A stretch of 64,000 nt of DNA from Phoronis australis (lineage: Eukaryota; Animalia; Phoronida). The notes beneath the pieces are model-generated. The model saw nothing but the letters and a program-made list of their open reading frames with translations, ran no database searches and had not been told where the DNA came from. The position numbers and the translations under genes were made by a program. The stretch covers positions 590,183 through 654,182 of the forward strand of contig NMRA01000135.1 of assembly GCA_002633005.1 (NCBI GenBank). The letters run 5' to 3'. Below are positions 13,180 to 25,100 of this stretch, piece by piece (position 1 is the first letter of the stretch; each line of letters begins with the position of its first letter).

Positions 13180-13419
13180 AAAAAAATAATTGCAGGCGGT
13201 CTGATACACGTTGTACCAGACGTGCGCAGGCCTCGCATGGTGGGCCCATTGCACTGATCACCTGGAAATATTTTTATGCTTTATTGATATATGATTAAAA
13301 CCGAGCTGAGGAGCTAGAAACCTGGCTCAAGGGTTTAGCAGTGTGACCTGGTGGGACTTGAACCCACGACCTCGAGTAAAGAAAGCGGACACTTATCAAC
13401 CAGGCCACACTGCCTCCTC
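13180..13419 (-). mobile_element. Full-length tRNA-derived SINE with 14-bp target-site duplication
   Basis: The - strand head GGAGGCAGTGTGGCCTGGTTGA..GGTTCAAGTCCC carries A and B boxes. Flanked by direct repeat CCTTGATTCCTGAA at 13166-13179 and 13420-13433. Second copy at 29190-29421. Confidence 0.85.
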
Positions 13420-13479
13420 CCTTGATTCCTGAAGTATTATCCAAGAAAAAAAGGAGAACGTGTCAAACAGAAAAAACTG

Positions 13480-13545
13480 CAAGTTCCTCAGACTCGAACT
13501 CACGACCTGGCGGATAGAGCGCGCGTGCGTGACCACTACATCACT
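13480..13545 (-). mobile_element. tRNA-like SINE head (different family)
   Basis: The - strand reads GTGATGTAGTGG..GTGAGTTCGAGTC, with A/B-box-like motifs. Confidence 0.4.
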
Positions 13546-14249
13546 ACGATTTAACTACTAATCTCATACTAAGAGACCTACTTGTTTATGGTCCACAGCG
13601 TTTGCGCGCGAAACCTACTTCTTTTAGTAATGCTTATTACACGTTTTATATTTTGTGCCATCAATTCTTAACAAATTTGTCATATTTAAAATAGTCTTCA
13701 AATGCCCAAAAGACCAAATCCGTTTTTCGTGTTAACAATAATGACGGCATTGCTTTGCGTTGGGAAATCCTCTTTAGATAAGGTTTGACAAAGAGAGTAT
13801 TGCAAGTTTCTGAGTGATATACTAAGGCTTCGATTAAAATTCACATCTTACCAGCAGCTTCTGTTTTTTTATCGTCACTCAGGTTCCATTTTCTTTAAAA
13901 AATGAAGTAAATTTTCTTCATTGCACAGTGGATCAAGCAGACGACGGAAACGGAGTGCGCAGTGCCACTGCCGGTCGCCTGGGAGGGATATCGCGGGAGA
14001 GCCTATACTTAGCCATAGTTCCATTACGAATACGCCGTGTTCCGAATTTGACACTTGAAAATGGATTTGAGCCCCCCCCCCAACACTAAAACTGCACACA
14101 TTTAAATCTTTTTTCATCCGTATAATTTTAATTACCAGGGTTTATTAATAAACTCAACATTTCCCTACGCTCTTACTGTTTTATTTTTTGAGGCAGCCAA
14201 GAGGGAGGCCTGGCCCCCCCCCCCTAAATCAGCCTATGATCCAATAACT

Positions 14250-14460
14250 TGTTGTGAGTATCTGTGGTATGAACAGTCCGACATGCCCCCGAACCCCGGC
14301 CAAGACCGCCGGCAGGTACTGCAAACTTTGAAATTGCTATTGCACTGCCGTCTTGTGGGCATCTCTGGAAGTAACTTGGGTTGGTCGAAAGGTGTTTTCC
14401 TCGTAGCCTGTAACACTTCCGGTATCAAGTCTGAGATTACTTGGTTTGATATCCGTGTTT
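14250..14460 (-). pseudogene. Possible decayed PIF/Harbinger transposase fragment
   Basis: Translates RISNQVISDLIPEVLQA..WPGFGGMSDCSYHR, resembling Harbinger RIxxSTISxIIPEVCxA..FPxxxGxxDxxH. Stops upstream. Recognition is by eye only. Confidence 0.3.
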
Positions 14461-15483
14461 TACTTCACAATTGAACGGCATTTAAATTGGGAGGTGGAAA
14501 CGGGACAATGTTCACTGTAACTTAGTGCACATATTTTTCTTGAACGAGACATTAAAATTGCCAAAGTCGTGGCATACATGTTTGGCAGATGCCATATCTT
14601 CGTTCTCTGTGTCTCAACCCAGTTCAGGTCACGAATGACGAGTCGAATGTCCGAGTGACAAGTGTATATAACTGGTGACTCATGAATTGTGTAATTTGAG
14701 CATTCGAAAAGCGTGACGTTGAGGACTTGGTTGTGCTTTTGTGTCGAGTCACCTGTAAAAATGGATCAACAGGCCTTGAATGTTGGGCTTCAAAAGGTGA
14801 GGGATTTCTTGGAATTCTACATCTGTCAGGGAGTGCAAGCTGTCTACATATGGTGGTAGTCAATAGTGTACTGGCGGTGCTGCACAGTTGTCCCTGTCCT
14901 ACAGTCATCTTGTGCAAGCTCCAAATCACTAATCAAACCTATGATTTCTGGACTTGGGAAGAACTGATAGTTTAGTAGTGCTTAAGTCAGCTAGCTGTAT
15001 GAAGACTACTAGTATTGTCAAAATATATGTAGTATATAGTTAGGATACCTATCGTCGTCAGGCTCCAAAGGTCGTCCGCCATCTTCTTTCGTGTGCAGCG
15101 CAGCCACGCGGGACTTAGCATTCCAGGCCGTTTGTAGTTACTGCAAATAATGGAAAAATTAACAACAATTACCTTTTGGCATTTACACAGTTCACACCAT
15201 GTTGGTAATAGATTAAAATTTACTTGATTTTCATTTTTGTGGAAGAATTAAACAAAACAGAATTTCACTTGGTGGCCATATAGTTTGCTAAATGAGTGAA
15301 GAATTACGTCATGTTATGCACAGGTTTCTATGTTTAGTGTATTGTTGGTCATAAGGTATGTTGACTCTATAGAATTGTTTGGAGTTAAGCAGGCCAATGG
15401 ATGGCTAGTAAAAATATGAGTGGTGACATTGGAATGTTTGTGAAAGACTTCAAGTAGAATGAAGGTTGTACTGTTACTTACAG

Positions 15484-18400
15484 TGTACACATGTAGAGTT
15501 GGCCCGCCGTGATGTCTCCACTGCCTTGTCAACCTACGTCGATCTAAGACCCACTGTAGACTCCTTTGGTTTGTATTTGGAACTTCATCCTGGATGTCTT
15601 GTTCAAGTTTCTGTGGGACCCTACAAAATGCCCAAATCTGGCTACTAGCACTTTTGGAACGTCATAGATCTCAGAAATGAGTGTTTGGATTATTAGGATA
15701 CTCGGATACTATTCCTGAAAATGATGATAAGAATTAATTTTTGCTTGAGTGGATATCAAAAATAGGACTTCTGGGTTTTATAATAATGCTTTAAATTTGC
15801 ATAAAGCGAAAATAAAGTGATAATTTAGAAAACTTTAACATTATTTTTGAGATCTTGTTATTGATTCTGCTGTTTTGCTATCAATGTGCTTAATTTCCTT
15901 TTTGCTGAATTTTATTCTGGAAAAAGTAATGCACCATTTTATGCTAGTTTTATCTTTAAATTTCTATAGGTCTCGGCCTTGTCATGAACCAGATATTTGT
16001 AATTATGCAATCGTGGGTATAAATGTATAAGTTAATCTTAATTTTGCAGTTTTTAATGATGGCTCAAACAGAGATTTACTGGCACTAGATGGAACCATTC
16101 CTGTCTCATATAAAGGTAACATTTCAATGTTTCCAGTCTAGGAGTTATGATTTATTAAATTACTTATATAGTACAATAGATATATGCTAATATGGTTGTC
16201 TCAGTGATGCCTGCTGGTACATTTGTTGCAGATTTTCATACTATATGCTCTCTTACTATTTTTATGGAAGAATTACACAAGTTTGCTCATCCTAAATTGA
16301 ATCTTGAAAGTTGTTTTCATTCGCCAAGATTCTCTTTTGCATAGTATTTTTTGTGCTCTGCCATTGTATTTGTTGTGCCCTGACATTGTTAACATATGCG
16401 TGATCTCCTGCCAAAGCTTCTTAGTTATTTGGTCATAGCATTGTTACCCAATCAATCATACATTTGATATTGCTTTATTATATATAGCAAGTCAGTCTAC
16501 ACAATCCCCTATATGTAATATTAGGTCAGTTGCACAGTTTCATGTGACCCCACCATATTTATTTGTATCCTTGGAATAGAGTAAACAAAGGTAGTTGGTT
16601 CTCAAAACTGAGACGAAAGATGGTCGTGTTTTTAAACTTGTTGCGGTCTAGTATGAAAGTTAGTTACTGACTATCATCTTGGTAAGCATCTATACTGACG
16701 ACGCCACTGCATAAAGCACTCATTAAGATGCAATGTCACTTGTTTTGTCTCCACAAATGAAAGCACTCCTTTACATTTTGAAAACTTACTGAGAGGCAAA
16801 ACATGCCAGGTACATGCAGTGGCATGGCTTAGGGGATTGTCCCTGGTGGCACCATGACAGTTGCTATACTGGCGAGGAGGTCGGCGCAAACAGCGGGTAG
16901 GCAGCACAAAAAAGACGAGAATCACATGTGGAACGTAATTCCATGTTATGCATGATCTTCTTGTTTCTCTATACAGGTAGTACGTATAACATCCCTGTCT
17001 GTCTGTGGCTTGTGGAGGCTCACCCATACAACGCACCTATGGTCTACGTCAAACCAACTAGCAGCATGCAGATTAGACCTGGCAGATACGTTGACAGCAA
17101 TGGCAAGGTCAACCTACCTTATCTGAGAGACTGGAGATATGTAAGTGCTCGGAATCAGTTATTACTAATTTGCTTGATCCAGGGATAATTTTAGAAGTGC
17201 GCCCCGTGTCATTGGCTCAGAAATAATTTTATTAATGCACGGTGATTGCTTAGCTCGGGCCAACGGGTCCATTAAAATTGGAAGCAAAAAAGGAAAAAAT
17301 CTAACATGGTCCATAGTTCATCTAAATTGGCCCATAGACTTGAGGCCGTGTTAGCCAATTTAACCACACCTATGTTTTTGTGATATAATGATTCCTCTTG
17401 ATCCAGTCACTCTGACTCCAGAAAATGAAACAAGCGCCATTAGCAACAGGTGAGGAATACTTACAGCTGCCACAAAGACACTTTGGTATCGGCACAAATT
17501 GATATAATGTTCTGAGCTGAATCACCATCCAATGGTACAGAGAAAAGGATAATCTGGACCACAGCTGTGTAGCATTGAAGAAGGGTTTTAAGTCGGGAGT
17601 GTATCCCAAGAGATGTTTGTTACAACACAGATGTCTCTTGATGTTTTGATTTTACAAACTACTTAATGCAAGTTTCACTGCTGTATTACGCAGTGTGGAG
17701 GAAATGCTATTTTGCTAACCATGGACTTCTTACTCAAGTTATGTGATAGGAACTGCATCTTTATGTGATTGTGAAGTTTTTTGACATCTGCAAAGTGTTG
17801 GCATATTTCTTTAAGCATATATTCATGATACCAATTTAATTACAACTTCTTCATTTTCCCCATTTTTGGTCATCATTTGAATGTTGAATTATTTCGCGCT
17901 TCATAGAGTTGATGTATTTTTTGTTTATAGTGAATAGTAAATTGCCAGTGTTGTTAAATACGGCCTGTGTATTATTTCAGCCTAACTCTACTTTGTATGG
18001 TCTTCTACAAGTACTGGCAGTTGTGTTTGGGGAGGAAATGCCAGTTTTCGCTAAGTCTGCTGCCCCTCCCAGGCCTCCCTACCCACCCACGGGGCACGTT
18101 GGAGGTCAACTTCCCTACCCTCCTGCTTCAGGGGTTTCACAGCCACCCTACCCAGTAGCTGGTAAGTATTGATTGTTATATGTCAGTTGTTATTACGTAG
18201 CCATTTTTTGTTATTTTTAATCAGTTGTTAAGTGTCTAGGGACTGTTGGATATGTCTGGCCATGTGATTCCAGAATTGGACTGTTTTGCCTTATTGAGTG
18301 TTGTTTGTATCTGCTTGATTTTACAAACGTTTGGTTATTTCTGTTTTCAGGCGGTGGATTCCCAATGCCCATGCCAAACATGACTGCATCCACGGGCTAC

Positions 18401-21400
18401 ACACCGTACCCTAGCACGTCTCAGCCAGGAAGTTACCCGAGACAGCAATTCACATATCCACAGTACCCTCCTACCCCTGGGTACACTCCTACCAGCTCAG
18501 CAAGTTACCCTCATGGCAACCCGCCTGCCAGCGGTTACCCTCCTATTACAACAGGTGATGACAGAATGTCTCCAAGTGATGTCAAATTAGAGTCTAGTTG
18601 TAGTGCTCTCATTTCAATGTTCACAACAATTGTGTGGTTTTCCCTACCTGGTTACATTGTTAACATGTTTAGAGTTTCGAGTTTTGGTTTATGATATTGT
18701 GCAGTACAAATTGTACTGGTGATGTTGTAGCAGTTATCAACTCACATTCGCAGATAAAGGCAAAATGTTTATTTTTGTTGCAAACTGAAATTCCATTTGC
18801 CTGCCATACTGTGTGCTAACTTGAAGAGCATAAGAGCATATTATTACCCAATTGCTAAGATCAGGTATCATCTCTTAGACGTCCTCCTCTGTCTGTTGTG
18901 AAATGTCACTCAAAATGTGGCCACACCTCTTGTGACTCCTGGAAGTCCAGCTTCCACCATTTCCATTTATTTCAACAGCTGCCACCCCGAAGTTAGCCAC
19001 ACCTCTTGTGACTCCTGCAAGTCAAACTTCCACCATTTCCATTAATTTTGACAGCTGCCACTCAGAACTTAGCCACTCCTCTTGTGACTCCTGGAAGTCC
19101 AGCTTCCACCATTTCCATTTATTTCAACAGCTGCCACTCACAGCTTAGCCACACCTCTTGTGACTCTGAAGCACTCTAGATTCTAACATGCTTTTAATGT
19201 TTTGCAGCTGCCACTCAAAACTCCTCTCAGCCTCCAGCAGCATTATCTAATGAAGCAATCAGAGCATCGGTGTTATCCTGTGTAGAAGACAAAATGAGAA
19301 GAAAGTTACAAGAGCGCTTTATGCAACACAACGTATGTATGAGTTGATGCTGTAAAACACAAATTGTTATTGATTTTATCTTTACAAAGTGTCAGTTCTA
19401 ATTTGTCTCACTACCAAATAAACCTTTTATAGTTAAAAGAGGTTACTAACCTGCATTTCGTCAAAGAAGCTCACCTTTGGTTTAGACTACTTACCTGTTC
19501 CTGACTCAGACGAGAAGTGGTGTCCGGGCAGAAAGTGACCGTTTGTTATTTAGTGCTCAGTAGCATGCTTGCCTCATAGAATGACTGGCTGTGTCAAGCC
19601 AACTTGTAGAGTTTTCTCAAACAATGCTAAGTTGCCCCATCTTTCCAGGCCATAAAATACTCCTGATTTGACCGTGGAATAATTTAAGGTTTATTAGGCG
19701 TGTTCTTAATGAAAAGTTAACTACGTGGCGCGTGGCAGATTTGTAATATTCACCGAATGTTTTTTGCTTGTTTTGTATAATCTAGGCAGAGTATGAAGCT
19801 TTGAAAAGAACCCACGATGACTTATCAAGGGGACAAGCTAAACTAGAAGAGATGATCAACAAGCTAAAGGAAGAGCAGGTAACCAGCCTGGCCTTGACCT
19901 TTTATCTGGTATTAGGTCAGCACTTGGGTCACTGGAAGTATGCCCTGGGTGTCATTTACCCTTCAGTTGTTAAAGGAAATGCTTTGCGTTTTTGAAAGCG
20001 TTTTCAGTCAGTATAGGCATATTTTACTCGTTATTCCCCGTCATTCGGAATTGCCCACTTTGAATGTTAAGTACAAGCGGAATTGACGAATTGGCAATCA
20101 TAATAACTGTCCGTCATGATCGCGAATGACGGGTAATTTATGAGAAAGCTAATGATTGATTCAGAAGTGCTATTCAATGTTCTTACAGCTTAGATCTATT
20201 TTGTCCAAAACAAACCTTGTAATATCTTTAAGAGATACAGCGAGCTTCACATGCTGACGACCATACATTGTAATTAGTTCACGTGTTGCCGCTCTCCTAC
20301 ATGTGAGAGTCACCATTTCTACTGAAAGATGCGTCTAATAAAAATGGCTGTGTGTATTCATTTCAATGTTTCGTTTCTTGAATTCGTTTTGGTGACACCG
20401 CCTAGTAATGTTGTTATGCCTCTTTGAAATGCGCAATCCAATAAACAAAGCGCCTTGATCCCCGTGTGGATAGTGACTGACTAGGCAGTGCAAATTAACT
20501 TTTAGGGTGGTGGTGCTTGCAGAATGCACGAAATTTCATTAAATAAAAAAATTTATAATTGCAACCCCACTGTCTTCGTTCAAACATTTATGTATTTTGC
20601 AAATTGGGTTAATTTTCTAGTTTTGTTCGTGATACGGAGTTTGAGCTGTGCGTAGGTGCCGACCGTATACTGAGCCCTAATTAAATTCCACATGCTTTCT
20701 ATTTTCAAAAAACTCGTACTTTTCTCGAGTTAAATCCATCAGCCTTCTAGTATTTGGCTAAATGCACATAGCTAGGGAAAGGGTAACTCATGACATTCAT
20801 GTTTGTTGTGTCTACAGGACAAAGCTGTTATTTGTATCACTACATTGGATGACAAGAACAGTGAATTAAACCAGCTCATCTCTAGACAAGAGGCACAGAA
20901 AGATGTCAGTGTCGAGGATGCCGTAGACACAACAGCCCCGTTATATAGGCAGTAAGTGATACGCTGTGTTTGTTGGGCTGGTGTCTGGGCACCTGTGTCC
21001 TGGAAGGATGGTCAGTTAGTGTGGGACAGATCTGAATAAAAGTTTCGGATTTTTTGGCATTGGGTTTTTAAAAACGATTATTCCTGACAAACTTTTTGTT
21101 GGTTCTGACTATCTCATGGTTACCAACTTTGGCACAAGTGGTTTTTAGTTGGTTACCAGTAGCAACAATGATTTTATGCTTTTTTTCAGGCGTTTCCAAA
21201 TAGTAAATGTACATTGGTTGTGTAATCCATTCTTTAGTCTGGTTCTAGTTTATGAAAACAGAATGTTTTAAAAGTGAGGAAGCGTTAACTTAATCCTAGT
21301 TTTTAGTGAGCAAAATGTGCCAAGCTCTCTGAGACTAATTGTGTTGCATGGACTAGACGTGAGACGTGACTGGCGTGATATTCTGTGTTTTTTCAGGTTA

Positions 21401-22124
21401 GTTAAACTATTTGCTGAAGAGCAAGCGATAGAAGATGCCATTTACTACCTGGGCAAGGCCCTTGGTAATGGAGTGATTGATTTGGAGGTGTTTTTAAAGG
21501 TAAGCACTGCTGTGCAAACTCACTGTGCTGGTTAGCTTGTCCTGGATCCAGCTCTCCTCTGTTAGAAAAGCATATGATTGACCTAGTTTTTCAAGACTGC
21601 TAGCACACTCCTGAGTTGAGCCGGATCAGTAAAGAACAATCTGTCATGCTCAACTCGGCTTATTTTTTGTCAACATTTTATTTCTCTATGTATCAGGAAA
21701 ACTTTAAGAATGACGAGAGACAAAAACTAATATTCATCAAGAATATTGATAAGCACTGAAGCAGTGCTACCATATACTCCTTACACAGGGTAAATGCCTC
21801 AACGGTAGAGCACTGCTGTTTTTTGTCAGATGTGGCCGTTCTATCATGTCCAATTGAAAATCATGAAATGTTTAAGTTATGGTAACAATTACAGTTTATG
21901 TTGGAGGTAATTCATTAGTTAGTACTGCCATGCAATTTCTACATTGAAGGGCAATGAGGACAACTGAATTGTATGAGCAAAACAAACGAATTGTAAACAA
22001 CTGGTAACATGTTCACATCATGTTTCCTTTATTTCTGTTTCAGAAAGTTCGTGAGTTGTCTAGAAAACAGTTTACCTTGCGTGCTTTGATAAATAAGTGT
22101 CGACAGAAGGCAGGTTTATCTTGA
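15484..22124 (+). CDS. TSG101: Tumor susceptibility gene 101 / Vps23 (ESCRT-I subunit); spliced, first coding exon not located
   Basis: Hand-spliced exons, all AG/GT bounded with consistent phase: 15484-15568 (CTHVELARRDV..DSF), 16050-16115 (VFNDGSNRDLLALDGTIPVSYKG), 16977-17140 (STYNIPVCLWL..LPYLRDWRY), 17981-18161, 18351-18554 (Pro/Tyr-rich), 19208-19332 (EAIRASVLSCVEDKMRRKL), 19786-19878 (coiled coil), 20818-20951 (..TTAPLYRQ), 21397-21499 (EEQAIEDAIYYLGKAL..IDLEVFLK), 22044-22124 (KVRELSRKQFTLRALINKCRQKAGLS*). Total 1236 nt = 411 aa + stop. Architecture is UEV + proline-rich + coiled coil + steadiness box, with motifs recognisable from human TSG101. Confidence 0.96.
18905..19218 (+). repeat. 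76-bp tandem repeat (3 full + partial copies) in a TSG101 intron, containing copies of the downstream splice acceptor
   Basis: Units start at 18921, 18997, 19073 and 19149. Each contains a pyrimidine tract + AG|CTGCCAC. Confidence 0.9.
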
Positions 22125-25100
22125 ATGTTGTTGCTTTGTTTATTGACTTGTTAGAGTTAACGGCTTACTTCTGTAGAATGATCTTACATAAAATTAAGGG
22201 CAACATGAAGACGAGAGAATGGTTACTGCTGTCAAGACACACCATGATGTATTTCTGGCCATATTATTTCTGAGTATATGTTTGATACTTTGTGACTTGT
22301 GACACAAAACAGATTCATCTTTGATTTATACTATTTGCTAGTTATCAACGGCGTAGTGTTTGCCCTTCCTCTATATGCAGCCGAGTTTTTGTCAGAGCTT
22401 TTTAATTACACCAACATTCAGAACTGGCTGTTTGAAGTATTAAAAATGAATATCATACTCACATGACGCTGCACTACTCAATATTCAAGATTGTTCTACT
22501 TTTTTGTCATGTGACTTTCTGTCATACTGAAAGTGGTAGTCATGTAGTTTACATGAAGACTCGTATTCATTAGGCCATGTGATATGACCAACAGATGGCG
22601 TGTTGACCAGACTTAAAATGTGTGGAACATGAAGACTGTTAATGATTAATAATTATTTGACCATGGACTAGATTGAATTCCAGAAGAATGCTTAGATCAT
22701 TTAAAACCCCCTTAACCTGTAAACAGTCTTTGGTATATCTCCTGAAACTTGTACAGCTTATGGACAACACTTTTGTAAAAACAATCTCGCATCAGATCAC
22801 GTTTTTTGTTCTGTCTGTGATACCTGTGTGACAGTACGTTGAGACACTGTCACTGAACTGCCAGCATTTATTGTTATTTTGCATCGCGCAAAGCCAAACC
22901 ACAGTTTTCCACTCGTGGAAACTTTTTCGTCAACTCTCGGTAAATGGCAATTGTACCTTATAAAATCAAGGTCTTTTTGTTCCATTTTTTTCCTTTCTGT
23001 TAACTTGAATCAATTCACAACGACCACATAGTGTTGCTATTACCTTTTGAAACATTGGCATAGCTAGGTTCTAACCTAAGTAGTGGTGGTTATGCTTTGG
23101 TTTTGCCTTAAAGATGAATTTGCTTCAGAATTAGAACTGGAAGTTTTTGTAACATGTTTATTGTTAAGACAGTCTTTCCATTGAAATCAAAGGTTTCGTG
23201 ACCGATACTTAAAAGATGCATTCGCTTCTGCTAATGCGGGCAGTTCAATCAGTATGAAGTATTTTATTAAGTCTTATATACTATAATTACTTGTTTATGG
23301 AATAGTATAAGCTCCTGAGTTAGTACAATGATATGTTTGTTGAATGCATTATTGAAATCTATAGAAATGATGTTATTTAAGTGGCACGAAACACACGCCT
23401 GGGATTCTATCAAAGCAAGTTTTATCTAAGCTACTAAATTGTCAGGAAATAAGTCTATACTTGTTCCTTTGTCAGATTACAAAATGATTTCAAGGCTTGA
23501 GGAAAACTAGAAGATTGATAGTCCTTCAGACCACGCCCCCATTAAGCTACTTGTCATGGTAGGTTAGTGTCAGTTGCTATGGAAGTATGGGCGATGGTTA
23601 TAACAGGCCATTTATTATAATTAAGAACATTTTAAATAAGGGATAAGAATGCAAGGACATTGCTTTGGGAAAGCTATCGCTCCTGTGAAGAAGGCAATTA
23701 CATTTGTCCAAAATTAAGATTTTCCCTTAAGAAAATCACGGATTATAGTATATTATTCAAAATGGTAACATTTCCTTGAAGTATGGTCATCTGCATGATG
23801 TCAACAGTGGTTTATCGATCTTGTTGACATTTGACATCATTGTCTAATGTAGGGTTCATGAAATGAGGCTCCAGCTGATATACGTGAAGTCTGATCTTGT
23901 CCTTCGAGTCTGTGTGTATATTTGGTACTCTACAATCTAAACGTACATAGCTGCTAGGTATTCTATGATACACGACATTCGTGTGTTTTATGTATTGTGG
24001 CATTATAACACTTCTCACGCTACCCAGTTTATTTAGTTTGGCAGTAGTCTTATATAATCAGTGTGATGCTCGCTGTTCAGTGGAGAAAACTGTTTCTGAA
24101 AATGCGTGCATGTCATAACCTACCATGTACTGCGAGTTTTACTGAACTAAGAAATTTTTGTGTCATTTGTTATCCAGTGATTCGCACTCGTGCTCTGTAG
24201 AGCGTGGGTCCATTTCTCGCCAAGTGACTAGTTAAGATACAAGACAGGAATTTGGTCTTATCCTTCCACTTCACAAATGAACAATGGTGAAACCATAAAG
24301 CTCATCACAACCAAAAAATAATTTTTAAAAAGCAATCAGTAACTGAAGTTATGGGCACATTCACAGACTTAGCATTTTTGCTTAAGTGGGTTTTAATTTG
24401 TTTTCATGGTATGTGGTGCACAAGACCAAATTTCTGACTTAAGTCTTAAGTTACAAAAGTGTCTGAAGAGAAGTTGGGTTTTAAATAGAAAACCCAGGGC
24501 TCTAGAAGGAGTAATTTTTAGAAGAGAAATTGGGGACACGAGGCGAAGTCAAACAAAATACAAGTTACTGTGTCTACGGTATTTATTTTGATATCAAGGT
24601 TCTTGGAGCTTTTCGGTGTTATTTTATGGAATAAGTTCCATTTAATTGCTCCCCATTGTAACTGTAAATTATACTTAAAGGAATATATCTTTGTTAATGT
24701 TGTGGGGGTTATTAATGAGTTTGGCAAATCTGGGATGTTTCAAAACGTGTTATAGCATGTCGTAGTAACTATACTAAATTATTACCCTGAACTGGTCACA
24801 CTGGTGTATTGTGATTGTAGAAGTGATGTTGAATATTAAAAGTTATCGACCTAGTGTGGCATGACAACCGTTGTTGCTCTCGACATTTTTTTTTAATACG
24901 TTGAAGTCTAATCATCTTCCAGTTTTTCACGCATCATCAAATTAGCAGCCCAATGAACATTATGTATGTATAAAATTATTTACTATGCACGTCCAGGTTA
25001 AAGCCCATGTCGCTTATATTGGGAAATTCAAGAATCAAAGGGCAGACGCTGAGATGAGCATTTGCATTCAAAAACAAAATTTTTGTGAAGTCTGTCTGGG

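Larger units (their letters stand above)
13005..14238 (+). mobile_element. hAT-like short element split by nested insertions
   Basis: 13005-13130 and 14075-14238 together reconstitute the element at 5430-5683. About 0.9 kb of other sequence, including a SINE, lies between them. Confidence 0.5.

Noticed and set aside
13300-13335. Hammerhead ribozyme-like CTGAGGA..GAAA in the SINE body
   Set aside because: No stem II can form (only GCTA between the motifs), stem III does not pair, and it is on the SINE antisense strand.
13340-13419. tRNA gene (also 4900-4978, 13480-13545, 29340-29421)
   Set aside because: A/B boxes are present but I could not fold a full cloverleaf. The 13180 and 29190 copies continue into a shared body and one has a TSD, so these are SINE heads.
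13741-13782. Candidate TSG101 exon 1 (MTALLCVGKSSLDK|gtttga, 42 nt, phase 0)
   Set aside because: Length and phase fit, but the donor is weak and it falls within the nested repeat stack 13005-14238. Not supportable without cDNA.
93-15000. Numerous 60-140 aa ORFs from the six-frame track
   Set aside because: No domain motifs or splice-consistent chains. Most overlap repeats or use non-ATG starts irrelevant to a eukaryote.
15721-15910. Intronic C/D snoRNA (ATGATGA C box)
   Set aside because: No suitably spaced D box or terminal stem.
16860-16890. HDV-like ribozyme motif CCTCCTCGC on the - strand
   Set aside because: The closing GG of P3 and the P1/P2 pairings are missing.
20926-20951. TTAP instead of the human PTAP motif in TSG101
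   Set aside because: As I recall, TTAP also occurs in other invertebrate TSG101 proteins such as Drosophila, so it is not unusual.
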